Below, in pieces: positions 11,696 to 25,700 of a stretch of 64,000 nucleotides of DNA. Source of the DNA: Rotaria socialis (taxonomy: Eukaryota); NCBI GenBank assembly GCA_905331295.1, contig CAJNYD010000014.1, positions 186,001-250,000 of the forward strand, written 5' to 3'. The position numbers and the translations under genes were made by a program. Numbering within the stretch: the first letter of the stretch is position 1; each line of letters opens with the position of its first letter. Below the pieces are notes generated by a model that did not search any database, was not told where the DNA came from, and worked only from the letters and a program-made list of their open reading frames with translations.

Positions 11696-12639
11696 GATGT
11701 CTTGAATATCAGCTTGAATTGTTTTTGTAGTATCCTACAAATGTCAACAGATAAATAAACATGAATGGCATCAATGTGAATTTCAACGATTACGGATATT
11801 CGAGTGTAATTTTGTTTACTTATCGGAGTTGGAAACAAGGTACCATTTATGGAAGAACTGACCGTATGCATCTATATGTGTCTTTGTATAGTGAGCAGGA
11901 AAAATATTGAGTGAGTTTGTTTCTTTTTAATGCTTTTAGTTACTGGTTCTTTTAAAAAGTTTCTGTTACTTTATTAGAGATTGTGGATCCGCTTCAAATG
12001 GTAATTTAGATAATATGAGACACGGAAGCAATAGGGCAGTTGAATTGTAACTGAAGTTTGTCTGTCAGTCAAGATTTCTTTTCATAGTTCCTAACTACGC
12101 TGAGATCTTAAGAAATATGATGAATGAAACTAGACTAATCAATCAAACTTTTGCACTTTATCTGTTTTTACGAAATCGCCTATTCTCACGGCTGGTCTTT
12201 AACTGAAAAATTGTTTATCAACCTGTTTAAGTACCAAACAAAGGACTATGTTATCTGTCGAAAAAAAGTTAAAAAAGAAAAATTAATGTTAGTTTCGAAG
12301 ATTTGATTTACATATAGAAGACTTTGTAAAAATGATGATATTACGACTTCTAATACATTATTTTATTCAATTTTGAATGTTTTTAAAGATGAAATGTAAT
12401 AAATTGCAATAAAAAAAAGATTATTACCAATTAATGTTACTTTTTCTGTTGTTTTTCTTCTGTTCTTCGTGAACTCAGACGTTTGAATTGAAAAGCAACT
12501 TTGCAAACAAAACGTTTTCGAAAGTAGAAAAAGCATGAAGTTCTCTAGCAACCAGTCGATCTGTTTTCTTTTCATATTATTACAAATCTCTTAGTTTGGA
12601 ACTGCGAAACACGTGAAAGTACTCGAAACTACGTGAAAA

Positions 12640-12815
12640 ATTGTTTTCATCAGAGGAAATCTATATTGACAAACGAACTCCTTTTCCATTTGATCGTATC
12701 ATAGAGTCCAAGTCTCATAGTATATAAATCACTATTATAATTACTTCTCGTACACTTTAATAATGCGAAAGAAATTTTAAAAAAACCTGTGCGCTTATAT
12801 GTTTGCTACCGACTG
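12640..12815. mobile_element. Solo Tc1/mariner-like terminal repeat remnant
   Basis: Ends gcgcttatatgtttgctaccgactg|TA. Its revcomp TA|cagtcggtagcaaa...agcgc resembles TA|cagtgtggctcaaa...agcgc at 52138. Partner end not found. Confidence 0.35.
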
Positions 12816-13804
12816 TATATAATGATCAACACTTAACTAAAACTGGAAAAAAAATCAATGTCGACAGACACAACATATTTCATTGTTTTATTTGCATAAA
12901 TCAAATCAATTCGAATAAAAACACTTAAAAACTGTTTACCAAGAACTTACTGTAATATATATCATCTCATTTATGCAACACAGAGCTGTTTGGTGGTAAT
13001 TCACTTTGAAAATGCACTCGGCTAGATAGTTAACAAACAAAAATAATTACATAAAAGAGCAGCGAAAAGCAAATTTTTACTAATTCAATTTTGTTTATTC
13101 ATTTCAGTAACATTCGTCATGTTCTATGTGGGAAATTTCATATTAGAATTGGCGAGAATATATGATCTAATGGTATTCTCACAGCTATCCAGAGATGAAA
13201 AATATAAACTTCCGATATGTTTTTCTACAGAAAATTCAAACCTACATTACTGCGCTCAATGCACTATTAAGGTTACGTTTCAATACTTCTCATCGTGTCT
13301 CTAGTGTTGTCGAGGTTCTGTTAGGGCACCTGAACATAGTATTTATTGAGAGTGTAGGTGCAATTTTGGGATAAATTAGTTCAGGTATGTACCATAAAAC
13401 CCCAAGCAGTAATGGCAAACGGTTAGTATACTGGTCAGTAGAAAAATTGTTCTAGATTGACTAGCACAGATTGTTTTCTGAATTGAACATAGCAAGATTC
13501 TTATTTTTGCGTACTACACAACTGTTCTTCATATCAAAGAACTTGAATGTATAATTTATACGAAGGGGATATTCATCAAAATACATATCAACTTATGTAA
13601 ATGATAGACTACGTCGAAAGCAATAGCTGAAGTTTTTGCTATCAGTGAGTGCATGTCGGGTTTGACGATGAACTTAATTCGTTAAATTATATGCATGAAT
13701 GTTTTATTATTACACAAATAAATAACAGTGAGAAAATCAATAAAGGAAATTACAACATCTGAGATAGATCTATATGCATACAGTTAAAAGAAAATATAAT
13801 ATCA

Positions 13805-15900
13805 CTACCATATTGAAAAGAATTCATCGTTAGCGAAATCTAATAAAGAGAAAAATAGCATTAGAACGAATAAGACTATATTTCATGAAAGTTTACCTTC
13901 TGAATTTATATCTATGTCAATAGGTTTCTCAATCATTTGAATTAGATCAGCTTCGGCCATAGATGATGGTGGGGTTATTGTAACTACAGTAGGTACATGT
14001 TTATTAAGAGTAGATGTCGATGGTTTTTGCACTTGAATAGAAGGCTTAAAGGTTGGTTGTGGTTTTTCAACAATAGTTTCTTTAAATTTATTTCCAGACG
14101 ATGTTGCTACGCTTGTTTTAATACGATTGAAAGCTGCATTATTTGAGGATTTTGAATTTGTAACCATCTTTTTGACTGGTGGTTGTTCATTATCATCATC
14201 ATCATTATCGAATTGTGAAAATATATGGAAAGTTTCATTATTCGTTTTTGATGAATCGCCATAAGCTGATATTTCATTTTCAATTGCATGTAATATTGAT
14301 TTAGCCATATTTTGTTGTTGACTTTGTTCACTCACTAATGGCATACTAAAGGAATCATTTAATGGATCTTGTATTGCAATTATATTTTGTAAATGAATAT
14401 TGACATAATGATGTCTATGACGAGTCGATGTAAATACTGCTACCTGAAACCATAAACTATTGCAGTCGATAAATTAGAACGATAATTAGACACTTACATT
14501 TCTTAAAACAAGCGTATGACCAACACGAATATTAAAATTATCTAATACTTCATCGTCACCAATGAATGTAGCTCGAATATGAGCTAAAAGAATAGATTTT
14601 TTTGTTAGTGATCTAATTGAAATGATAGATATATTATCTATATACCTGATTTATCTAATAGAATAGTATTTTCTTGTCGATCATAGTGTGTTACTGCTGC
14701 ACACATAAGCGGAATCTTTTTTTTAATACCAAGACGAGCCTAGTATAATGAGAAATAAAATCGCCTGAAAAGTGAATTTATTTATCATTACATTGTTCTT
14801 ACTTTGACAAGGGCTGTATGTATATTGATTGGCTCACAACTAAATGATTCTTTTAATTGTCTAAGAGCTATCCCGTATGACGGATAGTTGTGAATATTCA
14901 AACTGAAGAGCTGAAAAGGAAAATAACATATGCAGATATTTATTTATCATCCAATGAATTTTCATAAGTTATGATGAACGGCATATTTTCTAACAAATAG
15001 AAAAGATCTACTTGAATTCATGGAGGGTGTTTTTGTATGCAGTAAATCGACTCAGAATAGTATAGATATTAATGTAAATCTAAAGAAATTTCGAATACAT
15101 AACGAATCGAAATAATCGTATTCTATGACTTGAGTCTAGTAATCCTTTTTGTTGCATTCAGACGTTATATATAATTTATTACTACTAACCAATTATAAAA
15201 TATTTTGTTAATAAATTTTAATTTCAACTTATTACAAGTTCCATTGTATGACATATTTACACTCCAAAGGAATTTCAAATTTAGTCTACTATTAAGATTT
15301 GTGATACAGCTGAAATAATAGTATACGGGAAACTTACGTACGTAATTAGTAACTAAAAAGAAAAAAGTAAGTATTAGTAACCTACATCAGATGATGTTTT
15401 GGGTCGCTTAACATTAATATTTTCTTCATTAGTAAGTAGTGTATCACGAGCTGTTTTATCTTCTTTTAAGCGGCGTAAGTCTTCATTCGTTTTCTATGTA
15501 ATAATAGATTAATTAAAATAAATTATTTAATAAACTATAAACTTACCAATATCGGAAGGAGACCCACAGGACCAGGTATATTTGATGTTTTAACATTTGA
15601 CAGAGATATATTTGATTTATTACTAATAGTTTCGTTCCCAGAATTTTCTTCGACATTTACTAAGGATTTTTCTAGAGACAGACTTATATTTTGTACTTGT
15701 GTGATACAAGCTGATGAACGATGATGCTGTGACACTGGTCTTTCGTTCGATGTTCTTATTGAATTTATTGTAATTTTACTTTCTGTATTGATTTCATCAG
15801 AATTTTCATCTTGATTAGATATTAATTCTTCAATTTCATCATAATTGATACTTCCATCAAGATTATTTTCTCTCTCTTCATTATTTATCGAAGCTGACAT
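13805..15900 (-). CDS. HROB: Homologous recombination factor with OB-fold (HROB/MCM8IP/C17orf53-like)
   Basis: Exon 1 ends with the PGPVGLLP motif. Spliced exons ~14910-14340 give KKIPLMCAAVTHYDRQENTILLDKS/AHIRATFIGDDEVLDNFNIRVGHTLVLRN/VAVFTSTRHRHHYVNIHLQNII, matching the DUF4539 OB-fold pattern. Last exon DFANDEFFSIW*. Exons between 15380 and 14910 are unresolved. Confidence 0.75.
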
Positions 15901-16007
15901 TTTAATCTAGAAACGAAGCAAAACAAAACAAAACAAAAACAACGAAACAATACACAAACTTATGCAATATTCTAAATACACTATAATCAAGAAAAGAAAA
16001 GGAAACT

Positions 16008-17311
16008 TCAAGTATTCGCTAATAACCAACCAATATTGGTAATAGGTTTTTCAGTTTTTGATATCATCCAACAACCAGCTATTGTTGTAAATAAATGCAC
16101 AAAAAAATTAGTACTAACACACACAAAACTAATAATTATCATAGGAAAAGATTTATTTATTTCATTTTCAGATGATAAACCATTTAATTCATTTACTGCT
16201 TGAAATATTAAATAAATTAAATGAAATGGTTGAATCAATGACAAGAAATAGAACGATGTTATACTTAAACAATTTTGAAATACCGACTAAAATAAATTAT
16301 TAGTTAAAAGAATCTTTAATTAATAGAATTGCTTTCTTACCATTAAGACACCTGCTGTACACCAAAGTAAAGCAAATGGTACACCAATCGAAAGAAGAAG
16401 TATTTCATATAGACCGAACGAGTGCGGATGACGTATATGTAGAATTAAGGATGAAATCTTTGAAATAGAGCCATTAAAAAATAGTCTAAATTCTTATAAT
16501 AATTGATTCTTACTGTTAACATTAAATTAAGACTTAACAATGAGAAAAATATTCTTTTTTGAGCTGTTTCAAAACTTTTTGGTCTATGAAAATAAAATAA
16601 AAAATTATAGAAAGAACATAAAAATGTCTCTTCATTATTTTTTTCATACTGTTTTATGATTTTCTTTCGATGTTTATTTCGTATTAATAAATATGTCCAA
16701 AGAATATATGTAACAACAAATATTAAAATAGTTGTTAATTGAATCTAAACGAAAACAAAGTGAATCTTATTTTTGTTCATGATCAAACAAACCGTTGAAA
16801 CAAGAAAATCTTTTCGAGAATTTATGCAACAATAACGATATCGAATTAAATAATGAACTGTTCTGTATATTGCCAAAAGAACAAGAGTGGGTATTATTGT
16901 TAGACCATCGCCAATATCTATAAAAAAATAAAATGATTAATCTTATTAAACTTATTCAAATAAATAAATACACTAACTTCTATATATTGCAATTGAAACG
17001 AAAAATATTAAATAGAAAACCTGAGAAAGAATAAATAATCAAAACGCAAAAAAAAACGTAAAATATGAAAAACAAGAAAAACATGTTTACGAACTTGCAT
17101 GAACTATGAAAAGAGTATGAAAAGTAAAGTCATCTTGATCTTTTTCAATTGATAATATTGTTGGAATTAAGATAATGATAAGTGTCGATATTCCAATAAT
17201 TAAATAAAGTCGTCGTTGTAATATTGATTTATTATCAGTTTTAACAATTATAGGAAATGGTGTAGATGATGAAACTTGATTATTTCCGAACGTGACGATT
17301 GTGTTCACCAT
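16008..17311 (-). CDS. Uncharacterised multi-pass membrane protein A (~7 exons)
   Basis: Short introns join hydrophobic exons, including ISSLILHIRHPHSFGLYEILLLSIGVPFALLWCTAGVLM. The first donor is ambiguous (GT or GC). Homologous to gene B. Confidence 0.75.
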
Positions 17312-19778
17312 GACGTTAACTATTTAAATAGAAGAATAAATAAGAGTCAGATCTCTTTCTGTTCTCTTTATACATATATGTGTATATGCGCGCGTGTGTA
17401 TATTTGTCCTCCCTTATGATAAAATAAAGAACTGATTCGTACATTGAAATAGATTAGCGATATATTTATCTTGCATAAACTAGCGATTAATTATAATCGG
17501 TTCATAATCCGTTAGTTGATATCTCATTTTGAAATGATTATATCTATCGATGAATTCTAGTGGTTAGCAAAAGTTTCTATTCATTATTGATCACACACGA
17601 GCTGTTCAACCATTAACTTGTTATATAAAAAAGTTGATTAACAAGCGATTTGAAAGTTTTTTGACAGCAATTTTGTTTATGTTTGACTCACGAGAAAGTA
17701 TTTTTCATGAGCTGTAACCCTAGATAGTTGTTCTTTTAAAATATGATCTTAGAAACAATCGAATAGTTTTCGTTCGAGATAATTGTAGTACCGTTCGAAT
17801 AATTTGTTTTGGAACGCAGAATTTTTACTATATTCTTTTGTTTCGACGATTACAATTCAAAATTTAAATTTAGAGTCGTGATGTATGCAGCAGTTCATAA
17901 ATCATTTGATTGTTGAGAAAATCGACTATTTGACCAAATTCTGTTTTACATTGAAAGTCGGTCTTGAAAACAGACTGATTTCGAAAATTTGAAGTATTCC
18001 ACGAAAATTTACACATTTACTAGAGGAAATATTGTTGACTCGTATAAATATATTTTTTAGATCTTACTAAAACTTACACACTACCCTGAAACAGAAATAA
18101 ACACAATATTTCTAAGACCACTTGGAAAATGAATAAATGAATCAATTTATTAAATAGAATCTACACAACACTCGCATCATTCTCACATGTTCAAAAAGCT
18201 TGAATGTTGAAATGTTTATCTACTATCGTACATGCATATATATAAAGATCGTCTCCATAAAATTTGAAAATATTATCTATAAATTTAATTGTTTTTTTCG
18301 TTTGATTTTAATTGATGAAATATGTCTCAAACAATCATCAGGATTTTACCATTTTTTCTATCTATCAGATAAAAATCAAGAGTATCCTGATTTATTTATT
18401 TATCTATCGACACGACGAACTATCTTTCAATAATATTGACATACAGATTATTCTATTTTGCTTTTCTCAAAATCATGATGTTCATACTATTAAATTGTCA
18501 CTTAGATTCAGTCGACAACATTTTTATTAATAAGACTATAACAAAGAAAGATTCAGCGCATCTTTTTTAGTATTGCACTTTTATCTTCTTCGCGCAGCTT
18601 TAAGACACGATATGAAAAGAAAACCAGACTCACCCTAACATGAAACCTTGAAAATTTCCTTCAACAGCAGGCGAAAAAAACTTATTTGATTCCTATCATA
18701 TGCAGCACAGCCATTGCTCAGTCATCAAATACATGTTAACATACATTGAGCTCTATAAATACATATATATATATTTATATATATAGAGAGAGAGAGTGTG
18801 TAAGACGATTTTTCACACTCTATTACCTATATATCAAAACTGAATTGGTTACTTAATGATTCATAAAAAAAATGAAATTCAAGAGCTATCTGTCATTCTG
18901 TTTTTTGTTTTCCGTTATATTTTAACATGTCTGTATTTCTTGTCTCTAACGTGTCTCAACCAGCAGCACGCTTCTACATAGATCATTTATCATTTTTTTT
19001 CTTCTGCAACCATAAACTGAGCTAGTCAATTTTAGATGACATCGCACATGGCCCTACAGGTTGGTGCTCAATGTTATCTTTTAAATAAAACAATGTTAGG
19101 TTTCTTTTTCTTTTCTAACACACACATATCTACTTTCTTTTTTTAATCTCGGAAATAAAAAAAGAGAGAAAAAAACAACAAAAACACACTAAGAGTCAGA
19201 ACGAACGATCCTTAATATTATGGTTGGAGGAATGACGGCTTTAAAGAAATATGTTTGATCTCTTCAGAGCCTGTAAAAATTTTCATATATTTCCCTGCCT
19301 TTATTGACCTTCATGAGAAAAGAAAAACAATGCACACTATCGTGTGTATATCAACGCACGCAAAACACTTTTTCAGCATCTGCTTATCGTCTTATGCACA
19401 TTGAACATCACGGTGCGTTCTAATTCTTTTATTTTTTGCTCCTTATTTCTCCCACTTGTTCAAATCTTTTAATCTATAGTACTGATCATATCTATGGAAC
19501 AGTAACAGATGAAGCCGTTGTTGAAAATAATCGTTCTTATTCCAGCTAGGAAGAATTCTCTACTAACAACTTACGTTTTTTTTCTTTTGAATCAAGAAAC
19601 AGTAAGTCAAAAACAAGAACTATTTTAGATATGACAAAAAAACCTACTATCATGATAGAAAGAAGGACAAGAATAATTTATTAGAAACTTTTAACTTGAC
19701 GCATTTCCGTTAATTATAATTTTTTCAGATCAATATTTAGTTTTAGCCTAAACTAGTTTATGAAAGAAACAGACGAAC

Positions 19779-22700
19779 ATGTCTGTAATCAGTAGTAGTG
19801 CTATAGCTACGGTAAACGCTAAACGTTTTAGCATTCGTACACAACGTAATATGCGCAAGCGAGGTGGAGCGGCTGGTGGTGGTGGTGGTGGTGGTGGTGG
19901 TGCGCCTGCAGCGACAGGTTCTGGTGGTCGATCTAATTTGTATCAGCAAATGTATAATAATGGTGTTAGAAATACAGTAAAAATAAATGATCTATATGTA
20001 TTTAAATAAATCATTTTTATTAAATGCATTGTACTAGGAAATGAGTATCAATGAACAGTTTGTACATGCATGCGAAAATGGAGATTATAACGCTGTCCAT
20101 CGAATTCTTGAAGAAAATCCAAAATTTAATATTGATGTAACCGATCAGTTAGGTCGTACGGCCATACGATTAGCTATTGAAAATGAACATCTTGAAGTAA
20201 GTTTATTAGTTCTCTTTTTTTTTTTGTTATATATAAATCTTTTTCTTCTTCTGTTTTTCTAGGTTGTCACACTTCTTTTAGCATTATGCGATGGACAAAA
20301 AATGCGTGAAGCTCTATTACTTGCTATTTATCTTGGACATGTACAAATAGCTGAAGCATGCTTACGTCATCCAAAATTTAAAGTTTTAAACGAGAAGAAA
20401 GTGTTCACTGGCAATGATGATTCATTTTGGCAAACACCATCATCAGATGATGCACAATTTGCACCTGATATAACACCATTAATATTAGCATCACAATATA
20501 ATCGAACTGAAATCGGTACGTTGTTTTTTCTTTTCTTTTTAAACTTGGGAATTCTTCCTGCTTTTTCTCTACTTTTAGTGCAGCTACTGTTACGTGGAGG
20601 TGATCGTATAACAAAACCTCACGACTATCATTGCAAATGTCAAGAATGTCACAATAAATTTGAATTTGATTCTTTACGTCATGCACAATCCCGTTTGAAT
20701 GCATATCGTGGTTTAGCAAGTGAAAGCTATATTAGTTTGGCATCGATTGATCCAATTTTAACTGCATTTGAACTTGGCCATGAATTAAGAGATTTATCTG
20801 GGAAAGAAAAATATTTTAAAGTAAATAAAAACCAATTAAATATATATATATATATATCTTTTTTTTTCTTTTATGAATTCATTGTTTCTTTTTCTTTTCA
20901 GAATGAATATATTAATTTAGCTGATCAATTAAGTGCATATGCTGTCAAGTTACTTGACAAAGTTCGTGGCCATAAAGAACTAGATTGTGTTTTAGGAAAA
21001 ACGGGAAAGGAGACGGAAGAAAAATATGTTCTGTTAGCTAGACTTTATTTAGCTATTAAATATGAAGAAAAGCCAGTAAGTCAAAATGAATTGAAAATAA
21101 TTTTTTTAAAGTTTTGTACAAAGACAAGAAAATAAGTAATATATTTTATTCTATTTTAAGTTTGTTGCTCATTCGAATTGTCAACAAAAATTAGTCGAAA
21201 TCTGGCATAGTGATATTCGTAATATATCTAAATTAAATCCATTATTTACCCTTTTATTACTTCTTGCATATGTTTTTATCTTACCATTTGCTTGTATAGT
21301 TTATATCCTAACATCATGGTCGGAACGCACAATAAAAGTATAATACAGAAAGAAACTAGAGAAAAACAAAAATAAAAGTTTTTATACGTTTTGTTTAGTT
21401 TCAAAAATTTCTTAAACAACCATGTATAAAATTTATAGGCCATACAATATCTTTTGGAATATTTATTATTTTAATAATTCTATCAAGTTTATTATTTGCT
21501 GGAGAATTTCAAAAGCCAATGAAACGTTTAAAAGATATTTATCCAAATGTCTCAGATGCATTAAATCAATCGATAGCATTATGTGACTCAATCTATACAA
21601 ATGCTTGTATTTATTGTCCGCTTGATGATGATTTTTATTTTCGACAAAGTACACCAACCTGGATTGATATAGCCATCACTATTTTTGTTGTTGGTAATGT
21701 CGAATACACACGAACAGATCTTGTTCAGAGAAACATACTTTTTCTTTCTTTCTTTCGTTTGTAGGTTTTCTTTGGCATGAAATAAAACAAGCTTATACGG
21801 ATGGACTTAACGATTATCTTCTTTCATGGAATAATATTGTTGATTCGTGCATGAATGTTTTATATATATCATCCTTTGCACTAAAATATTATGTATTTTT
21901 TAAAGTAAGAATTTAATCGAAACGAAAAAATAGATTCGTTTAGACAGTGAAAATTTTAAATTCTAATATTATCAAATGGCCGGCTTTGTTATTGTATTTA
22001 AAAATAGCAAGATCATTGGGAGCTATAAATCTTTCAATTTTTCTATTAATGAAACAAGAATGTGTACTATACAGGGGGAAAAGTCGGTACTCGAAAAAAA
22101 CAATTACATTGTCGTTGAGTTCTACCGGTGCACCTTGATTCATAAAAGAATCGTTTCTGCAGCTCAAACAACTGAGCATTGCTTGAAGCCTTGTTTAGAT
22201 AAATGGAGTTCATCAGTCTAAAATCTTCGAACTCGGATTCGATCCCCGAAAGAGTTTCAGACACCCGTCTACTTCCACGACTAACTTGATGAGATTTAAT
22301 TGTGTCCTGTGTACATTAGAAATCAACTGGAGTAAATTGAGATGTTAGCGTTAGTCATCACTATTGCCATCTTTTAAAATCAATTTTAGGTAAGATTTGC
22401 TATTGAAACATTAAGTGGACTGGATTTCCAAGATAGTCTTGGACACATTTTTAATTTAACTGTCAATCAACAATATCATGTTTATCAAACAATTTATTGG
22501 CTGAATTCAGGTAAATGAAATCATTTTCTTTTCATAATAAAATAACTAAATTTTCATATGCAACATTCCTAGATCGATTCTATTGGGTTTCATTCGATCC
22601 CGTCAATGTTGCTGAAGGACTTTTTGCTATTGCAAATATATTTAGTTTTTCACGTATTTGTTTTCTTTTACCGGCAATACAACATTTAGGACCATTGCAA

Positions 22701-25700
22701 ATTTCACTCGGTCGGATGATGTCTGTATGTAATTTTGAAAAAAAAAGAATGCTTTTAGTTTTTTGTTTCTAAATAAAATGTTTTGTTGTTTTTAAGGATA
22801 TTGGGAAATTTATAATTATATTTTTGATTATTTTTTCTGGCTTTATGTTTGGTTTAAATAATTTATTTTGGTATTATAGTAAAACAGTTCGTGGTAGGGT
22901 TGAAATTGTAGAACATAATCCTGATGGTACAGAATTACCAGCAGAAATATTTTTCGGAACGTATGTCTAGAAAATTGCTCTTATGTTTTCTTTTTTTTTA
23001 TTGTTCATAAAAATACCTTTCATTGACTATTCTAGCATGGGTGGCACATTTAAGACCGTGTTTTGGTCATTATTCGGTTTATCGGAAAAAGACGGAGTCA
23101 GTTTAGGAAATTATGACAATCGTTTTACTGAATTAATTGGATATTTAATTTATGGAACATTCAATATTGCAAGTGTTATAGTTCTGCTGAACATGCTAAT
23201 CGCTATGATGTCGAAGTCTTATGAAACTATTGAAGAACATGCTGATGTCGAATGGAAATTCGCAAGAAGTAAACTTTATATGGAATATATTCAAGAAGGT
23301 AAATTAGATAGTTAAAAAATGATTGTATATCTTTACTCAGAAGTATATTGAAAGATATATAACTTATAGATTTCTTGATGATGATATTCAAAGAATATAC
23401 TATAAAAACTTGTTGATCAATATTCGATTTATTGTTTAATAGTTAATTTCAAATTGAACATAAGTTATTATATCATAAATGGCATAGAACTTCGATAGAA
23501 TATATTCTAGATTGCTTAGAAAATAATATTTATTTGTTACAGTAAATTTTATTCTCTGAACAAATAGTCATTTCGGTTATATCGAAATACAGTTAAATGC
23601 ATTTGATACAAAGTAAATATTTAAACGATAAAATCTTATTAAAATTAGATCGATGAGTATTTATGATATACTTGGTTTTGTTATGATTAATGTCTTGCTA
23701 CAGATATTCATCATGATATATCTTCTGATGTCTATAAATGGCAAAAGATCCGTTTTAATATTTGATTGTAAAGCTTCATTAGATCTGCGTACATCATATT
23801 ATTTTGTTTTTATCATAAATGTTCACGGTAAACATTGATTTAATAGGAGTTCAGGTTAGAAAATAATGGTACTTCCACGTTTTCTGATAAAATCTTGAAT
23901 ACTGTATAATGAACGAAACTTTAGGAATTCTCGCGCAACTCATGCACAGAATAGATCTAATAATTATAAAACATATACAAATATTGAGTAATTACAATAG
24001 AATATCAAATATATTAAAGAATCCATTTAATCAATTCTAATTTAGATTGAGCAGTGTTCTAGGAGATGACAGTTATTCATTAAAATTAAAATTAAGACGA
24101 GATACTATATTTGCTTGTAGATAGACTAAGAATAGAGAAAAAAAATAGCAATCATCTATCACTTATCTACTTGAAAAAGAAAATGTAGACACAAAAGAAA
24201 AGAGTGGTATCGCATATATCAGTGATACAACAAATACACTTCAAAACATTAAGTGTGTCAGAATTTTTATATTGTTGAGCAAATATCTTTTTTAATAAAA
24301 TAAGATTTCGACAAACTTTTTTTCAAGATATAATTTATGAATAAAATACCATCAGATATGATCGATTGAAGTCTCCCATAAAACTCTAATTTAAAAACTT
24401 AACTCGAAAGTCGAAAAAAACTAGAGGTACGAATGAATAGTTTCTCTCTTATCATAGCCTGACTCGTAATGCCTACAGATCTAATAGATTAATACTGTTT
24501 CATATAATGAAAAATTAGAATGATTGCAGAACAAAAAACATATGATAAAGCAGAAGGTAATAATGTAGAATAATAATCAAAAATATTTACGCCTGGCAAT
24601 TAAAGTCTTGCTATGTTACGAATTCTATAGAATTGTTTTGGATCTAAAGAAATTTCTCTATAAATGAACCTAAGTAGTGTTTTCACCTATGAAGAACCGA
24701 AAAGATAACAAGGAATAACTTGAAAAAGCAGATGAAACAGTATATAGCATATTTTTGATAGTAGAAACAATTTTAAACTTAAATTTTGTAAATAAACGAG
24801 AAAATTTCAAATTTACCTCCAATAATTATTTCACAGGAAAAAGGAAAAAATCAAACGAAATACTACAAAGACAGAACTATTGGATAAGTTCTAGTTTTAA
24901 AGTTTAATGTTTATCGAAACATTACAGTTTGCGGGAAATCTTCGGTTTGTGAATGTGAGTACTTAGAGATTTTTAATTTGATTCCAAAATAAAACATGTG
25001 AGCCTATCCAATTACTGATACTTGTGGCGACATTTCAACCCTCATCTAGGTATGATTGAAAAATAAATTAGTACTGTAGAAGCGATCAATACAGGCTTTC
25101 TGCTTTTTTTAATCAGTAAAAAACAGAAATTATATTAGTTTTTCCATTCGAATAAGTATAAGACATAAATATTATGAGATCTTACTATAAACAATCTTTC
25201 AACTTGATAAAACAAAACGATTCTGTATATGATACAACAGATTTTACGTACGAATATAATAGATAATATATCTAAAAAAAAAGAAATAAGTTGAAGAGCT
25301 GGCACCATTGACCCGTAAGACTAACCTTTCAATCAAGCCGAAAGACTTTATCGAAGTGTTCTCAAATCATAAAGTAGAAGAGTCTGAATTGATTTCTAAA
25401 AACATATGAACTGAATCAATCATTTTCACCTACTAAGAAGACTCAATATTTCGTGGTTGTATTATATAAGATTGAAAATTTCAAAAGTTGACCTACTTGA
25501 TCAGCAGTTCTCGAAGAAATTTTATTTCGTAGAAAATAAAGAGACTAACCTATGAATGATATTTTAAAATAATTTTCCATAACTATTTCTTCAGGTGGAA
25601 CTCTACCCGTACCATTTAATATCATTCCAACACCTAAAAGTATTTTTTATCTTTATCAACGTATATTTCATTGTAAAAAAACATCTTCGCCGGATTCTCT

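Noticed and set aside
13305..13410. Small fold-back around acctgaac / gttcaggt
   Set aside because: Only 8 bp match perfectly; too degenerate to call.
22066..22312. tacaggggg... insertion in a TRPC intron as a Tc1/pogo MITE
   Set aside because: No convincing matching right TIR.
25295..25360. Locally GC-richer stretch as a tRNA or ncRNA
   Set aside because: No cloverleaf or T-loop consensus on either strand.
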